Below are positions 11,101 to 22,950 of a DNA stretch of 32,636 bases, in pieces; the first letter of the stretch is position 1; the number at the start of each line of letters is the position of its first letter. The position numbers and the translations under genes are program-made. A model generated the notes under the pieces. That model worked only from the letters and a program-made list of their open reading frames with translations. It was not told the DNA's origin and did not search any database. Where the stretch lies: assembly GCF_000143415.4 (NCBI RefSeq), contig NW_003314310.1:100819-133454 (forward strand), in the 5' to 3' direction. The stretch is from Selaginella moellendorffii. Lineage: Eukaryota > Plantae > Lycopodiophyta.

Positions 11101-12450
11101 GATCCATTATAAGTCTAACCCTTCCTTATTGTCATACTCCTTTTCATAGCTAGCTCTCTTGCCAATTTCCTACAAATCTTTGCTGTCCTTTAGTATATAT
11201 TCTCCTCCCATGACTCCCACATAATATCTGTGCATCTCCATGTCACACTCTACATGCCACGTTGTTGCAAATGTGAATGCGGGTATCAAAAGTTACCTGT
11301 CAGTTAGTCCTCTAGGATATTCTTTCCTTACTGCCACAACGGCAGGAGGTTGGTATTGTTAAACCTTTTCTTAATCTCCGCCTATCAATGGTTACCATAA
11401 GTTAAACTATATACCAAAAGTAAACCTCCTCTGGGTTGCTAGAAGTGGCAAATAGGCTGGTCCAAAAGTATTTAGCATGGCACTAGTAGATCCTTCTTAG
11501 ACATGATTATATGTGAATCAATCAAAACTGTAAGGATTAGTTTATTGGTTCAGGTAATCATTGGGGCTATTGGTTTAGGTAATCATTGGGGTGCTCTCTC
11601 ATAAACTTTTTTTGGATTGGACTGAAAGTAGTACAAATGCAAGCTTGAGGTTTATTCAAAGATGAGACCAAAAAGACAGTCCTCAAAATCGAAGGATCAA
11701 ATATATAAATCATTTCTCTTCTTGGAGAGATGATTTGCAATGATGTGTTAACTCATTTCTTGTGTTCATATTATGCAATCAAGAGTCTCTATCTTGATAC
11801 ATGTTATAGTGGTCTTATATTTGATGAGTCATAGGATGGATACCAATGAAGCACTAAACCATTTTATCTAAATTTGTTATTAAAAACTTAGGTTACAATA
11901 CTCAATTCTGTTTTAGAGATTTTGCTATTGCTCCTTGAGTAGCTTGGTGTTAGATTAGTTTGAGTTTGGTCGGAAAGTGAGTGGCATGAGCTTGTCTATA
12001 TTGTGAACAATGTTAGTGGCATTTGGTGTTATAAATCTCTATCAGTAGGGTGTGGCATTTATATTACATTTTGTCAAATAGTGTTGGCATTTCATACTCA
12101 TGTAACCTTTTGAAGTAATAATATGGGCTTTCTTATGGTGTTGTTTAATTGATGATCAAGCCATTGTGATTTTTATATTATATCCATGTGATAATATTTA
12201 TGAAGTTGTTTGGTTAAATAATGATCAACCTTATAGTGGTTGATAGTAAACCTAGTCTACTTGCAAGTAGTAACATTAAAGTAACTTTGACTAAGTTCTC
12301 AATAGTGATCTATAATATGCTAAGCTTATGTTGGTATCTTGGTTCTTAAAGGGTTGCCTATTAAGGTGTTGAAAAAGGTTATAACATTCATTTGTTATGG
12401 TTTGTTAATTTATCTGTTAGTATTTTGAGTAGATTGTTGGATGGAAGGTG

Positions 12451-12556
12451 TGTAGTTAAGGCATTGACATTACTAACACTTGTGTTAGTGGAAGTGACAT
12501 TGTTGTAGTTAAGGCATTGACATTACTAACACTTGTGTTAGTGGAAGTGACATTGT
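12451..12556. repeat. Perfect 53-bp tandem duplication
   Basis: TGTAGTTAAGGCATTGACATTACTAACACTTGTGTTAGTGGAAGTGACATTGT at 12451-12503 and 12504-12556; single copy in the sister elements. Confidence 0.95.
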
Positions 12557-12663
12557 TGTTTCGAGTGATGACGAATTTTCTTTAAACCTTGATTTTTCAT
12601 ATCATTTTTCTTGTTAGTGTTTTGGCTTTATATTAGATTTTGAAGGTGATTGAAGAAAAATGT

Positions 12664-13184
12664 TTTAGTGCATGTGGTTTTTACCCTTTATCCTATGGTG
12701 ATTTACCATAGGATAACACCACGAAGCGGAACCTAAACCCTCTATGTGCCACATCTTATATGCCATGTGTCACATATCATGTGTCCATAGGACAGTGGTG
12801 TAGAACCCGAGGTCTAGGGCCTTGAGCCACTGAACGAAGGAACGATGCCAAACTCCCAAGTATGGAGCCAAGGGGTGATAGAACCAGTCTACAAAGCAAC
12901 TCCCGAGCATACAGCCCAATGAGCAAAGGAACAGGAGCCCAAAGCCAATCTCTACATTCTGTAAATATGCCAAATGAGCAAATCTAAACACTTTCCATAA
13001 TTAGCATTTAGGACCAAATTGAGACTAACACAAAGGGCCTGATAGCGAGGGTGTTTGGCAAACACAGTAAGCTATCATCTAACGATATTGAGAGACCAAG
13101 CTCAATATCGCGAGGGTTTTTTATATTAGCAAGTGCAAGCCAATGACAAGAGTTTCTCAAACCAGGCTGAGTATGCTCAGCAAG
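12664..13184 (-). repeat. Outer 3' LTR, left part (internal deletion of roughly 440 bp at ~12945)
   Basis: Matches 27106-27372, then jumps to 28381-28619. Confidence 0.9.
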
Positions 13185-14315
13185 TGTAGTGCACATGGTT
13201 TTGACCCTTTATCTTATAGTGATTTACCATAGGATAACACCACGAAGCAGAACCTAAACCCTCTTTATGCCACGTGACAGATGCCATTTGTCCATAGGAA
13301 CCCGAGGTTTAGGGCCTTGGGCCACTGAACGAAGAAACGGTGCCAAACTCCCAAGTGTGAAGCAAAAGAGTGGTGGAACCAAACCACGGAGCAACTCCCG
13401 AGCATATAGCCCAAGGAGCGAAGGGATAGGAGCCCGGAGCAACTTGGAACAGTCCTGGAGCAACCAGCATCCCAATGCTAGGACCAGCATGCAAAACGGA
13501 GCCAACGGAGTCTGGCGCTATTTCGGCATACTGGTGGCCTAACGTGAGGACATAGGTACTCCACCAGCTAGCATGGAATGGAACTTGGGCTTAGACCCAA
13601 GCCGGACGCAGAACAAGGACAAACACGCAAGCGGGAGCTAGACTATGCTTCAGGTTGGTCAGCCATGCCCGACCTACCACTATCTCTACTATACATTGGA
13701 ACCCCCCACAGCCCCCCCCCCCGCCCCCCCCCCCCCTTGAGGAACACACGCTTTGGGCTTTCACCCCAAGCCTCCCTTAGTATCAAGAGTTAGTCTTTGG
13801 GACAAGCTTGAAATTTACTAAATATGGAATGTCCCTAGATTGCGAATTTAGACACGGGATGAACACCATTGTGTTCAGGTTGATCTCTACATTCTGTAGA
13901 TATGCCAAATGAGCAAATCTGGACACTTTCCATAAATAGCATTTGGGACCGAAATGAGACTAACACAAAGGGCATGATAGCGAGGGTGTTTGGCAAACAC
14001 GGTAAGCTATCATTTAGCGAGTATTAAGGGACCAATCTCAATATAGTGGAGGTTCCCAACACTAGCAAGTGCAAGTCAACGAATGAGTTTCTCTAACCAG
14101 GTCAAGTATGCTTGACTAAATAGACACTTAGGAATTCCTTCCTTATGCTCATCTGGTCAAGTGCACACGCGAAGACCAGTTTCTCAACTAGCTTAGGCGG
14201 AGACTGATAATGGGCCCAGCAATACTGACCTCCTGCCATCGTGGCAGTAAGGTAAGAGTGTCCGTAAGGACTAGTCGACAGGTAACTTTTGATACCTGAA
14301 GTCACATTCGCGACC
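13185..14315 (-). repeat. Inner 3' LTR (~1.13 kb)
   Basis: TGTAGTGC...TTCGCGAC; direct repeat of 21588-22751; adjacent to the PPT. Confidence 0.95.
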
Positions 14316-14316
14316 G

Positions 14317-14327
14317 TCTCCCCCCCT
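14317..14327 (-). promoter_or_regulatory. Polypurine tract of the inner element
   Basis: AGGGGGGGAGA on the minus strand next to the LTR. Confidence 0.88.
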
Positions 14328-15066
14328 AGGGAAGATCAACGTCCTTGTCGATGCACACTCGAGTCTAGAATACTGCCAAGGAAACAACTCCAGAAAAAGT
14401 TCACAGTACTCACACTATGTGAGAAATGCACCAACTTAAATGAGTTAGGAGGCAACCTCTATGTCTAACGCGGATGCGCTACCAACTCGGACACCTTCCG
14501 GCCGTCGCCGACAAGGAGATGACCAACGGAGTTAGCCACCCTTGCTGCTCTGGGAGTCACCCAGCTTACAAAAGTGTGATACGCCCCTGCCCGCAGGGAC
14601 ATAGAGAGAGAAGCCAGAGGCCCCAACCCTCATGAGCAAAGAAACCAAACCCGTCGGTAAGGTTTAGATAGACTACTGTAAACAGGCAGTTAGAGTTGTT
14701 TACACGGTCACGCCCTTTTTAATGAAATAAGGAACATCGACAGAGAGGCGGGTGATGTGACCAGTCGACAGTAACTACCCCATAACTAAAGATTTCACCA
14801 TGCACACGAAGTGCCAAAGCCAGTCTGCCTATACTGGCCCAAACTCAAAGATTAATAGATGGACAATATCAAAGTCATAAACAATGATATCTTAGAGACT
14901 GTATTATCAGTGATTAAATCTTATATTAGAACACAATAGTATTCCAAGTAAGTTATCATTTGATAAACTAGTATTATAGTATAGGAACCACCAAGATCAT
15001 CATAATTGGTAGGCATAGGAATCACCATCCAACAAAATTCAATAGCAAGTATGTCATCAAGGAAAC

Positions 15067-16214
15067 TGTAAGCCACAAATTTTTCCTTTCCAATTTGCCA
15101 GCTTACCTCGTCTATCCGTCCAACACTGCCTTGGCTTTTGCTAAGTTCCCTTGCCAAGGTTCTCGCCTATGGTACCAGCTCCTACTTGGTTTCAGCTACT
15201 CACTGCACGAGCAACGGAGTGTTAGCCATCCTTCCACGGATTCCCAAATCACTCCCAATCCCCCTCCCCGGGTTAGACTGGACTTAAGGTTCGGCTACAC
15301 TCCCCGCAAGCACAAGTAGCCAAGCACACCAAGCTTCCAGGTTCCTAACATCCCTTGGTACCACAAGACTTGATCATGGGACCCTCTAAATCCCAAGTCT
15401 TGAGTGCAACACTTGCTTCGGGACGCCGGGGCGAAACACCGTGGCCTAACGGCCCGGTATGGGTACCTCTCGCCCCCCACTTCCATCCCGAAGGAAGGCC
15501 CAAGCCCCTTGGAAGGGCGAGGACCAATGAGCCGCATGGTACTCAAGTGGGGCACCACTCCACATGAGCCGGGAGCACCGCAATCGGTTTCCCTTTCGGG
15601 AGTGGGAGCTGCTCTTGAGCACTTCCTTGGATGGCCCCTCCGGCACCAGCCAAGTCCATGTTCACTCCCACCCAAGGCCCCTTAGTCCCAGTCCCAACCT
15701 CAAGTCGGTTTGGAAGCCCAACTGGAGAGTCCCTTCAAAACTGGTTCCTGGACCTCACTATCCCTACTATACTTTTGGAACCCCCTGCAGCCCCCCCCCC
15801 CTGGGGGACGCACGCTTTGGGCTTTCACCCCTTGACCCGTATTAGTATTTGGACTTAGTCTCTGGCTCGATCTCGGATCCGATTTCGGATCCGACTTCGG
15901 ATTCGGTCTCGGACTCGATCGCGGACTCGATCTCGGACCCGATCTCGGGCCCGACCTCGGACTCGACTTCGGACTCGGTCTCGGACCCGATTTCGGATCT
16001 CGGACTCCGTCTCGAACTCGGTCTCGAACTCGGACTCGAACTCGGTCCCCGAGTCGGTCTCGGACTCGATTCCGGACTCGATCTCGAACTCGGTCCTAGA
16101 GTCGGTCTTGGACTCGATCTTTGACTTGGTCCCATCCGATGAACTCTTTGTCATTTTGGTCATGCTTTCGGGGTTCCCTTAGCCTACGACACCTCGGCGA
16201 GTTGGTTCCTTACA
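15067..16214 (-). mobile_element. Solo LTR of a second, related family (1148 bp)
   Basis: TGTAAG...CTTACA inverted ends; TSD GAAAC at 15062-15066 and 16215-16219; shares a core block with the LARD LTR. Strand inferred from the orientation of that block. Confidence 0.9.
15851..16135. repeat. Degenerate hexamer tandem array (TCGGAC/TCGAAC/TCGGTC/TCGATC)
   Basis: About 285 bp of 6-nt periodicity; it produces the low-complexity ORFs at 15842-16163. Confidence 0.93.
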
Positions 16215-19073
16215 GAAACTCAATGATGAAATTTAACTACCGAAAATAGCAGACAGTAAGCCAACAACTTAGTAAAGATAACTCAAAGAACACAAAGTAT
16301 CTTTGACTAACAAGCAAAATGCTCACGAATGTATTACCCAATGGAAATAACATTCCAACCTATTAAAACTAACTTGAGTAATAATCAACAAAACAGAATA
16401 AATGTGGTAATACCAACAAATATTCATTCATGTCAACTATCGCACTAGCTAATCCGAATAGATCCCAGCTAACAACACTAAGGAACTCAAGTTGCCTAAG
16501 CAAGTGTCAACCACATCCTATTGATGTCTCAAACCCAAAAGACCAATCCAGAGCAAACCAAAAAGAACATGTGGTATTGCGAAAAGCCATAAGCCATCAA
16601 GGAGAACAATTAACTATCACGAAAGATCATCAATCATCCAATCAATAAAGAGATGCATAATCATCGTTGAAGAAAGAATTTACCATCCCAAAGAATGACA
16701 AATCATTCTATACCAACAATAATCAAGAAAAACCCTTGACAAGGATAATCAACTATCTTAGATGATAATCAATCATCACCAATGATTGTTAGATGTAAAA
16801 GTCAACTTCAACATTGAAGTTAACAAGTCAAAATGCCTTCCCCAACAATTTCTAACAAATGGAACAATGAGTATAAAACTCAAAGAACCAAAATCTTGAA
16901 GAAGTCTATAGCCAAGTCATGCCTAGTAATGATCACGAGTTTCGCATAAACTAACTTCAATGTTAAAGATGAAAATCAAGGTATAACCCACAATATCCTC
17001 CTCAACACATCCATAAGCTAAACTTCATAATGCCAAAGCTAATGAAGAGCATGTTTGCATCAATCCAAAAGCTAAGCATAACGAAGTTATACTCAACAAG
17101 TGATCACCAAACGATCCTCCATAAATCCATTTATAGCAAGATATATCTCAATTCATAACAAGCACAAGAAGAATCATCAATGATCAATATATTCCAACTC
17201 AAACCTAATAAGGATTCAAACTTTCCAATATCGATCACTAACGCTTCCGATTGTAGAGTTAGCATAGTCCACGACTAAATCACTTTTCAAGAAAAAGCCA
17301 AAGCTCAACCCCTACTAAATAATCTTGTCTAAAACACAACTAACTCAAACTTGCCACTCAGTTCGTTTGAACGTCAATACAGTTGCTAACTAGCAAATGC
17401 ACGAATGCCAATAAGATAAAGCCATAGCCAAATCATCAACACTATCTTCATTGAGACCAATGAAACTCAATATCAATCTTTGGAGAGATATCTTCATTTT
17501 ACTCAAATCTCAACATCAATAATATCAATGACAAGGCATCACTTCAATGCTATGAACACCAGGAAAAGCTAGAAGAAAGCAAAAGTGAATCACCACTCAA
17601 AACTCTTTTGCAACCAAGCTAACCGAAGTCAAAGATACTTAACTCAGTATCCGAGACTAATCCTTCAGCAAAACTCAATTACAAATATCACTTCCTCATG
17701 GAGTGAATCACCACATCCAAGACTCCATAAAATCCAACACTACAGACTAAACATATCTAAATGATATCGACATAATAGAATCGATATGCCAACATGGAAA
17801 AACCATACAAGCCACGACACGATCCTCTGCAACACCATCCAGTAAAGCAAGTTTATCACTGCTAAATCATCATCGAGTGAAGCAAGTATCAAAGGTCCTC
17901 AACAAAGTTTATAAGCAATCACTAGTCACAAAGCAACTAACAATCACTCTTCAACTTGTCTTCACAAGACCCAAACACTAAACTCATGTCATTGAGTCAT
18001 ATACTTTGTCCAACATGAACGTAATACCCCAGGTACGAGTTAAAGGTTCATGGACAAGCACAAACAAAATGACTACTCAAATCCAACTCAACCGCGATAA
18101 ACTCACCAATGCATTTAGTCACTAGCTCTAAGCATGCTTTGAAGAGGCTAGCTATGCATGATCATCACTCAGTCGAAACTAAAGTGAAAACCATGAGATG
18201 GACTACATTGGTACAAAACCTCCTCATAAACAAAGCTATAGTATGGGTACTAACATCTCAATTGCAAATAACTAAGTTGGACAACACTATCTTCAGCTAA
18301 AGCGCAGGGCCACCAAGACCATGTCAAGATCAGTGAGAGCTCATTACTCTCATAGAGTCTAAACAAAATGCAAGGTGCAACTGCCACCAAGCATAATGCT
18401 ACAGAAGAAAGGCACAAGGGTCACCTTTCTAGAAAAGTGCAACGGCCACTTTTCTACACCAACTCTATACTCTATCCAACTCAATTGCTTTAGCCTCAAA
18501 AGTCACCATCCCTTTTGGGTTGCATCATACAAACTACCTACTAAGGTTTAAACTAACCAAAGTCAACTTCAACCTCTTCACTAGCTTGTACTGGCTTACG
18601 AAAATGGAATGGTTTTTAGGCAAAGTGATCAATAGATCAGCCTAAGAAAATTTGTGGAAAAATTTTCCATCCTAGAGAAAGAATGATTCTCAGTCCAGGA
18701 ATGCAACCTTTCAAGATTCAACTAACTTCCTCCTACCAACAACTTCACATAGGTTCACTTCAACACAAATTATCGAGACCTATAGTATGATTAAGCCTTG
18801 AACATCTCTTTTTGCCCATACTTCTGACATCCAACACCGACATCCGTAAAATGCAAAGTGAACATCCAAGGCTTGATCACGAAGACCACATCTTCGGATA
18901 TCTATATTGCACTTAACACTTTTCTTCAACCATCTTCAAGTTCCAATGTGAAGCCAAAACACTAACAAGAAAAATGACATGGAAAATCAAGCTCTAAGGA
19001 AAATTCCTCATCACTCAAACAGCAATGCCACTTTCACTAACACAAGTGCTAGCGATGTCAATGCTTTAACTAC

Positions 19074-20221
19074 TGTCGCGCATGTGACTTCGGGTATCGA
19101 AAGTTACCTGTCGACCAGTCCTTACGGACACTCTTACCTTACTGCCACGATGGCAGGAGATCGGTATTGCTGGTTCCCTTTATCAGCCCCTCTTGTTCAA
19201 GTGTTAGTTTACTGGGCTTAGCACCTGTACTTAGCCAGATGGACATAAGGTAGGAACTCCTATGTGTTTCTAGCTGAGCATACTCGGCCTGGCTCTTAGT
19301 TCTCTTTTGCTCTGTCTTGCACTGGCTTGACAAGAACCCTCGCGTATTGAGATTGGTCCCTCAATATCGCTGGATGATAGTTTACCGTGTTTGCCAAACA
19401 CCCTCGCTATCATGCCCTTTGTGTTAGTCTCATTTCGGTCCCAAATGCTTTCTATGGAAAGTGTCCAGATTTGTTCATTTGGCATATCTATGGAATGTAG
19501 AGACCGGCCTAAACACAATGGTGTTCGTCCCGTGTCTAAATTCGCAATCTAGGGACATTCCATATTTAGTAAGTTTCAAGCTTGTTCCAGAGACTAACTC
19601 TTGGTACTAAGGGAGGCTTGGGGTGAAAGCCCAAAGCGTGTGTTCCTCAAAAGGGGGGGGGGGGGCTGTGGGGGGTTCCAAATGTATAGTAGGGATAGTG
19701 GGTAAGTCGGGCATGGCCAACCAACCTGAGGCATAGTCTAGCTCCCGCTTGCGTGCCTATCCTTGTTCTACGTCCGGCTTGGGTCTAAGCCCAAGCTCCA
19801 TTCCATGCTAGTTGGTGGAGTACCCATGTCCTCGCGTTAGGCCACCAGTATGCCGAAATAGCACCAGACTCCGTTGGCTCCGTTTTGCATGCTGGTCCTA
19901 GCATTGGGATGCTGGTTGCTCCAGGACTGTTCCAAGTTGCTCCGGGCTCCTGTCCCTTCACTCCTTGGGCTTTATGCTCAGGAGTTGCTCCGTGGTTCGG
20001 TTCCGTCACTCCTTGGCTCTATGCTTGGGAGTTTGGCACCGTTCCTTCATTCAGTGGCCCAAGGCCCTGAACCTCGGGTTCCTATGGACACGTGGCATGG
20101 ACACGTGGCATGTGACACGTGGCATCTGTCACGTGGCATAAAGAGGGTTTAGGTTCCGCTTCGTGGTGTTATCCTATGGTAAATCACCATAGGATAAAGA
20201 GTCAAAACCACGTGCGCTACA
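19074..20221 (+). mobile_element. Solo LTR of the LARD family, antisense to the inner element
   Basis: TGTCGCG...CGCTACA; reverse complement of 13185-14315; TSD ACTAC at 19069-19073 and 20222-20226. The flanks are contiguous in the outer copy (~25700-25730). Confidence 0.96.
20087..20137 (+). promoter_or_regulatory. Tandem G-box/ABRE-like array in the LTR
   Basis: GACACGTGGC at 20087, 20100 and 20114; CACGTGGC at 20130. Function is inferred only. Confidence 0.6.
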
Positions 20222-21574
20222 ACTACACACCTTCTCCATCCAACAATCTACTCCAAGTACTAACAGATCAACTGACAAGTCATAACAAGTGAATGCTATA
20301 ACCCTTTCCAACACCATAGTGGGCAAACTCAAGGAAACAAGGTACCAACATAAGCTTAGCATAATTGGACCACCATTGAGAATCTAGTCAAAGCTACTAC
20401 AATGCTACTTCATGTAAGTAGACTAGCATCACCACCAACCACTTTGGGTTTAATCATTGTTTAACCAAGCAACTTCGTAAACATATTACTCATTATCACA
20501 TGGAGATATAAGAATCACAATGACTTAATCATCAATTGAGCAACACCATGAGTAAAGCCTATATCATTACTTCAAAGGTTTATGTGAGTATCAAGTGCTA
20601 ACTCAATTTGACAAAATGCAACATAAATGCCACACTCTACCGATAGAGACTTACAACACCCAACATCACTAATTTTGTTCACAACACGGATAAGCTCATG
20701 TCACTCTCTTTCTGACCAAACACAAAACCAATCCAACACCAAGCTACTCAAGGAGCAATAACAAGGTTCTTTGGAAAAGAATTGAGCATTGCAACCCAAG
20801 TCTTCCAATAGCAAGCCTAGACAAAATGGTTTAACGCTTCACCACTATCCATCCCACAACTCACCATTGTAAGACTATCATCTCCAATATGCATCAAGAT
20901 AGGAACTCTTGTTTGCATGATGTGAACACGAGCAATGAGTTAACACCTCGTTGCAAATCATCTCTCCAAAAGAAAATGATTTACGTGTTTGATCCTTCGT
21001 CCCTGATGACTCTTTTTTCGGTTTCATCTTTGACTAAACCTCAAGCTTGCTTTTGCACTGCCTTTAGTCCAATCCAAGAAAAGTTTATAAAAGAGCATGG
21101 CAATGACTACTTGAACTAATAGATTAATCCCTATAGTCTTGATTGATCCACTTGTAACCATGCCTAGGAAGGATCCACTAGTGCCGTGCTAAATAGCTAC
21201 GGACTAGCCTATTTGCCACTCATAGCAAACCCAGAGAAAGTTTACTTTCACCCATGGTATATGGAACAACTCATGGAACCACTGATAGGCTAATATTAAT
21301 CCTGCCAACTCAAAGTGTATCCTCGAGTTGCTAATGTGCCTCACTCACAAGCCCAACCTCAAACTCGTGCAAATGGAACAGCTTATTCCATCCTATGAGC
21401 CCAAGAGCAAGCTCATATCATAAGGTACAAAAAGGTAATAAAAACCATACTTAAGAAACGATTGCAAAGCCTTTGCACCCAAATGTGTACCCACTCGGAT
21501 CATCGTTTTCATCTCTGCATATGCAACAAGATTAGTTGCCCAATCTCATTGGATAGTACTCACCGAGACTCATC

Positions 21575-21585
21575 CTCTGATACCA
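21575..21585 (-). promoter_or_regulatory. PBS (tRNA-iMet) of the inner element
   Basis: CTCTGATACCA on the + strand, 2 nt from the LTR. Confidence 0.93.
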
Positions 21586-21587
21586 AA

Positions 21588-22751
21588 TGTAGTGCACGTG
21601 GTTTTGACCCTTTATCCTATGGTGATTTACCATAGGATAACACCACGAAGCGGAACCTAAACCCTCTTTATGCCACGTGACAGATGCCACATGTCACATG
21701 CCACGTGTCCATGCCATGTGTCCATAGGAACCCGAGGTTTAGGGCCTTGGGCCACTGAACGAAGGAACGGTGTCAAACTCCCAAGCGTGAAGCCAAAGAG
21801 TGGTGGAACCGAACCACGGAGCAACTCCCGAGCATATAGCCCAAGGAGCGAAGGGATAGGAGCACGGAGCAACTTGGAACAGTCCTGGAGCAACTAGCAT
21901 CCCAATGCTAGGACCAGCATACAAAATGGAGCCAACGGAGTCTGGCGCTATTTCGGCATACTGGTGGCCTAACGTGAGGACATGGGTACTCCACCAGCTA
22001 GCATGGAATGGAACTTGGGCTTAGACCCAAGCCGGACGCAGAACAAGGACAAACACGCAAGCGGGAGCTAGACTATGCTTCAGGTTGGTCAGCCATGCCC
22101 GACCTACCACTATCCCTACTAACATTGGAATCCCCCACAACACCCCCCCCCCCCCCCCCCTCCCCCTCCCCCTTGAGGAACACACGCTTTGGGCTTTCAC
22201 CCCAAGCCTCCTTTAGTATCAAGAGTTAGTCTTTGGGACAAGCTTGAAACTTACTAAATATGGAATGTCCTTAGATTGCGAATTTGGACACGGGATGAAC
22301 ACCATTGTGTTCAGGTTGATCTCTACATTCTGTAGATATGCCAAATGAGCAAATCTGGACACTTTCTATAAATAGCATTTGGGACCGAAATGAGACTAAC
22401 ACAAAGGGCATGATAGCGAGGGTGTTTGGCAAACACGGTAAGCTATCATTTAGCGAATATTAAGGGACCAATCTCAATATAGCGGAGGTTCCCAACACTA
22501 GCAAGTGCAAGTCAACGAATGAGTTTTTCTAACCAGGTCAAGTATGCTTGACTAAATAGACACTTAGGAATTCCTTCCTTATGCTCATCTGGTCAAGTGC
22601 ACACGTGAAGACCAGTTTCTCAACTAGCTTAGATGGAGACTGATAACGGGCTCAACAATACCGACCTCCTGCCATCGTGGCAGTAAGGTAAGAGTGTCCG
22701 TAAGGACTAGTCGACAGATAACTTTCGATACCCGAAGTCACATTCGTGATA
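21588..22751 (-). repeat. Inner 5' LTR (~1.16 kb)
   Basis: Direct repeat of 13185-14315; PBS adjacent; TSD GCAAG follows. Confidence 0.95.
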
Positions 22752-22756
22752 GCAAG

Positions 22757-22950
22757 AAACATATAGGGTTCCTACCTTATGTTTATCCAATTTAAGTACA
22801 CGGTCATTGACCAGTTTCTCAACTAGCCCAAGTAGGAACTGATAACAGGTCCAGCAATACTGACCTCCTGCCGTCGTGGCAGTAAAGAAAGAATATCCAA
22901 AAGGACTAGCCGACAGATAACTTTCGATACCCGAAGTCACATTCGTGACA
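22757..22950 (-). repeat. Outer 3' LTR, right part
   Basis: Matches 28620-28813; ends TTCGTGACA; followed by the PPT complement CTCCCCCTT. Confidence 0.92.

Larger units (their letters stand above)
13185..22751 (-). mobile_element. Inner LARD-like LTR element inserted in the outer element's 3' LTR
   Basis: TSD GCAAG at 13180-13184 and 22752-22756; highly similar LTRs 13185-14315 and 21588-22751; iMet PBS at 21575-21585; PPT at 14317-14327. Confidence 0.96.

Noticed and set aside
11543-11591. 25-bp tandem duplication (and a 21-bp one at ~26757-26798)
   Set aside because: Ordinary copy-specific slippage events in decayed elements.
13308-13314. Plant telomere motif TTTAGGG in the LTRs
   Set aside because: Single occurrence per LTR, not an array.
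13254-13793. Recurrent small ORFs also seen at 19785-20152, 21657-22229 and 27228-27476
   Set aside because: They recur because the LTR recurs; GC-rich sequence open on both strands, with no motifs.
14625-14675. Hammerhead-like CTCATGAG...GAAAC (retrozyme hypothesis); also CTTGATGAG in the TRIM LTRs
   Set aside because: The core deviates from CUGANGA, there is no stem I/II pairing or downstream GAAA where required, and both lie antisense to their elements.
15842-16163. RD/RS-rich, SD-rich and SE-rich ORFs resembling SR proteins
   Set aside because: They are translations of a hexamer DNA array inside a TSD-bounded solo LTR.
16220-21574. Decayed Ty1/Copia pol as the internal region
   Set aside because: No Copia INT/RT/RH motifs found in the segments translated by eye; the PPT flank is Gypsy-like.
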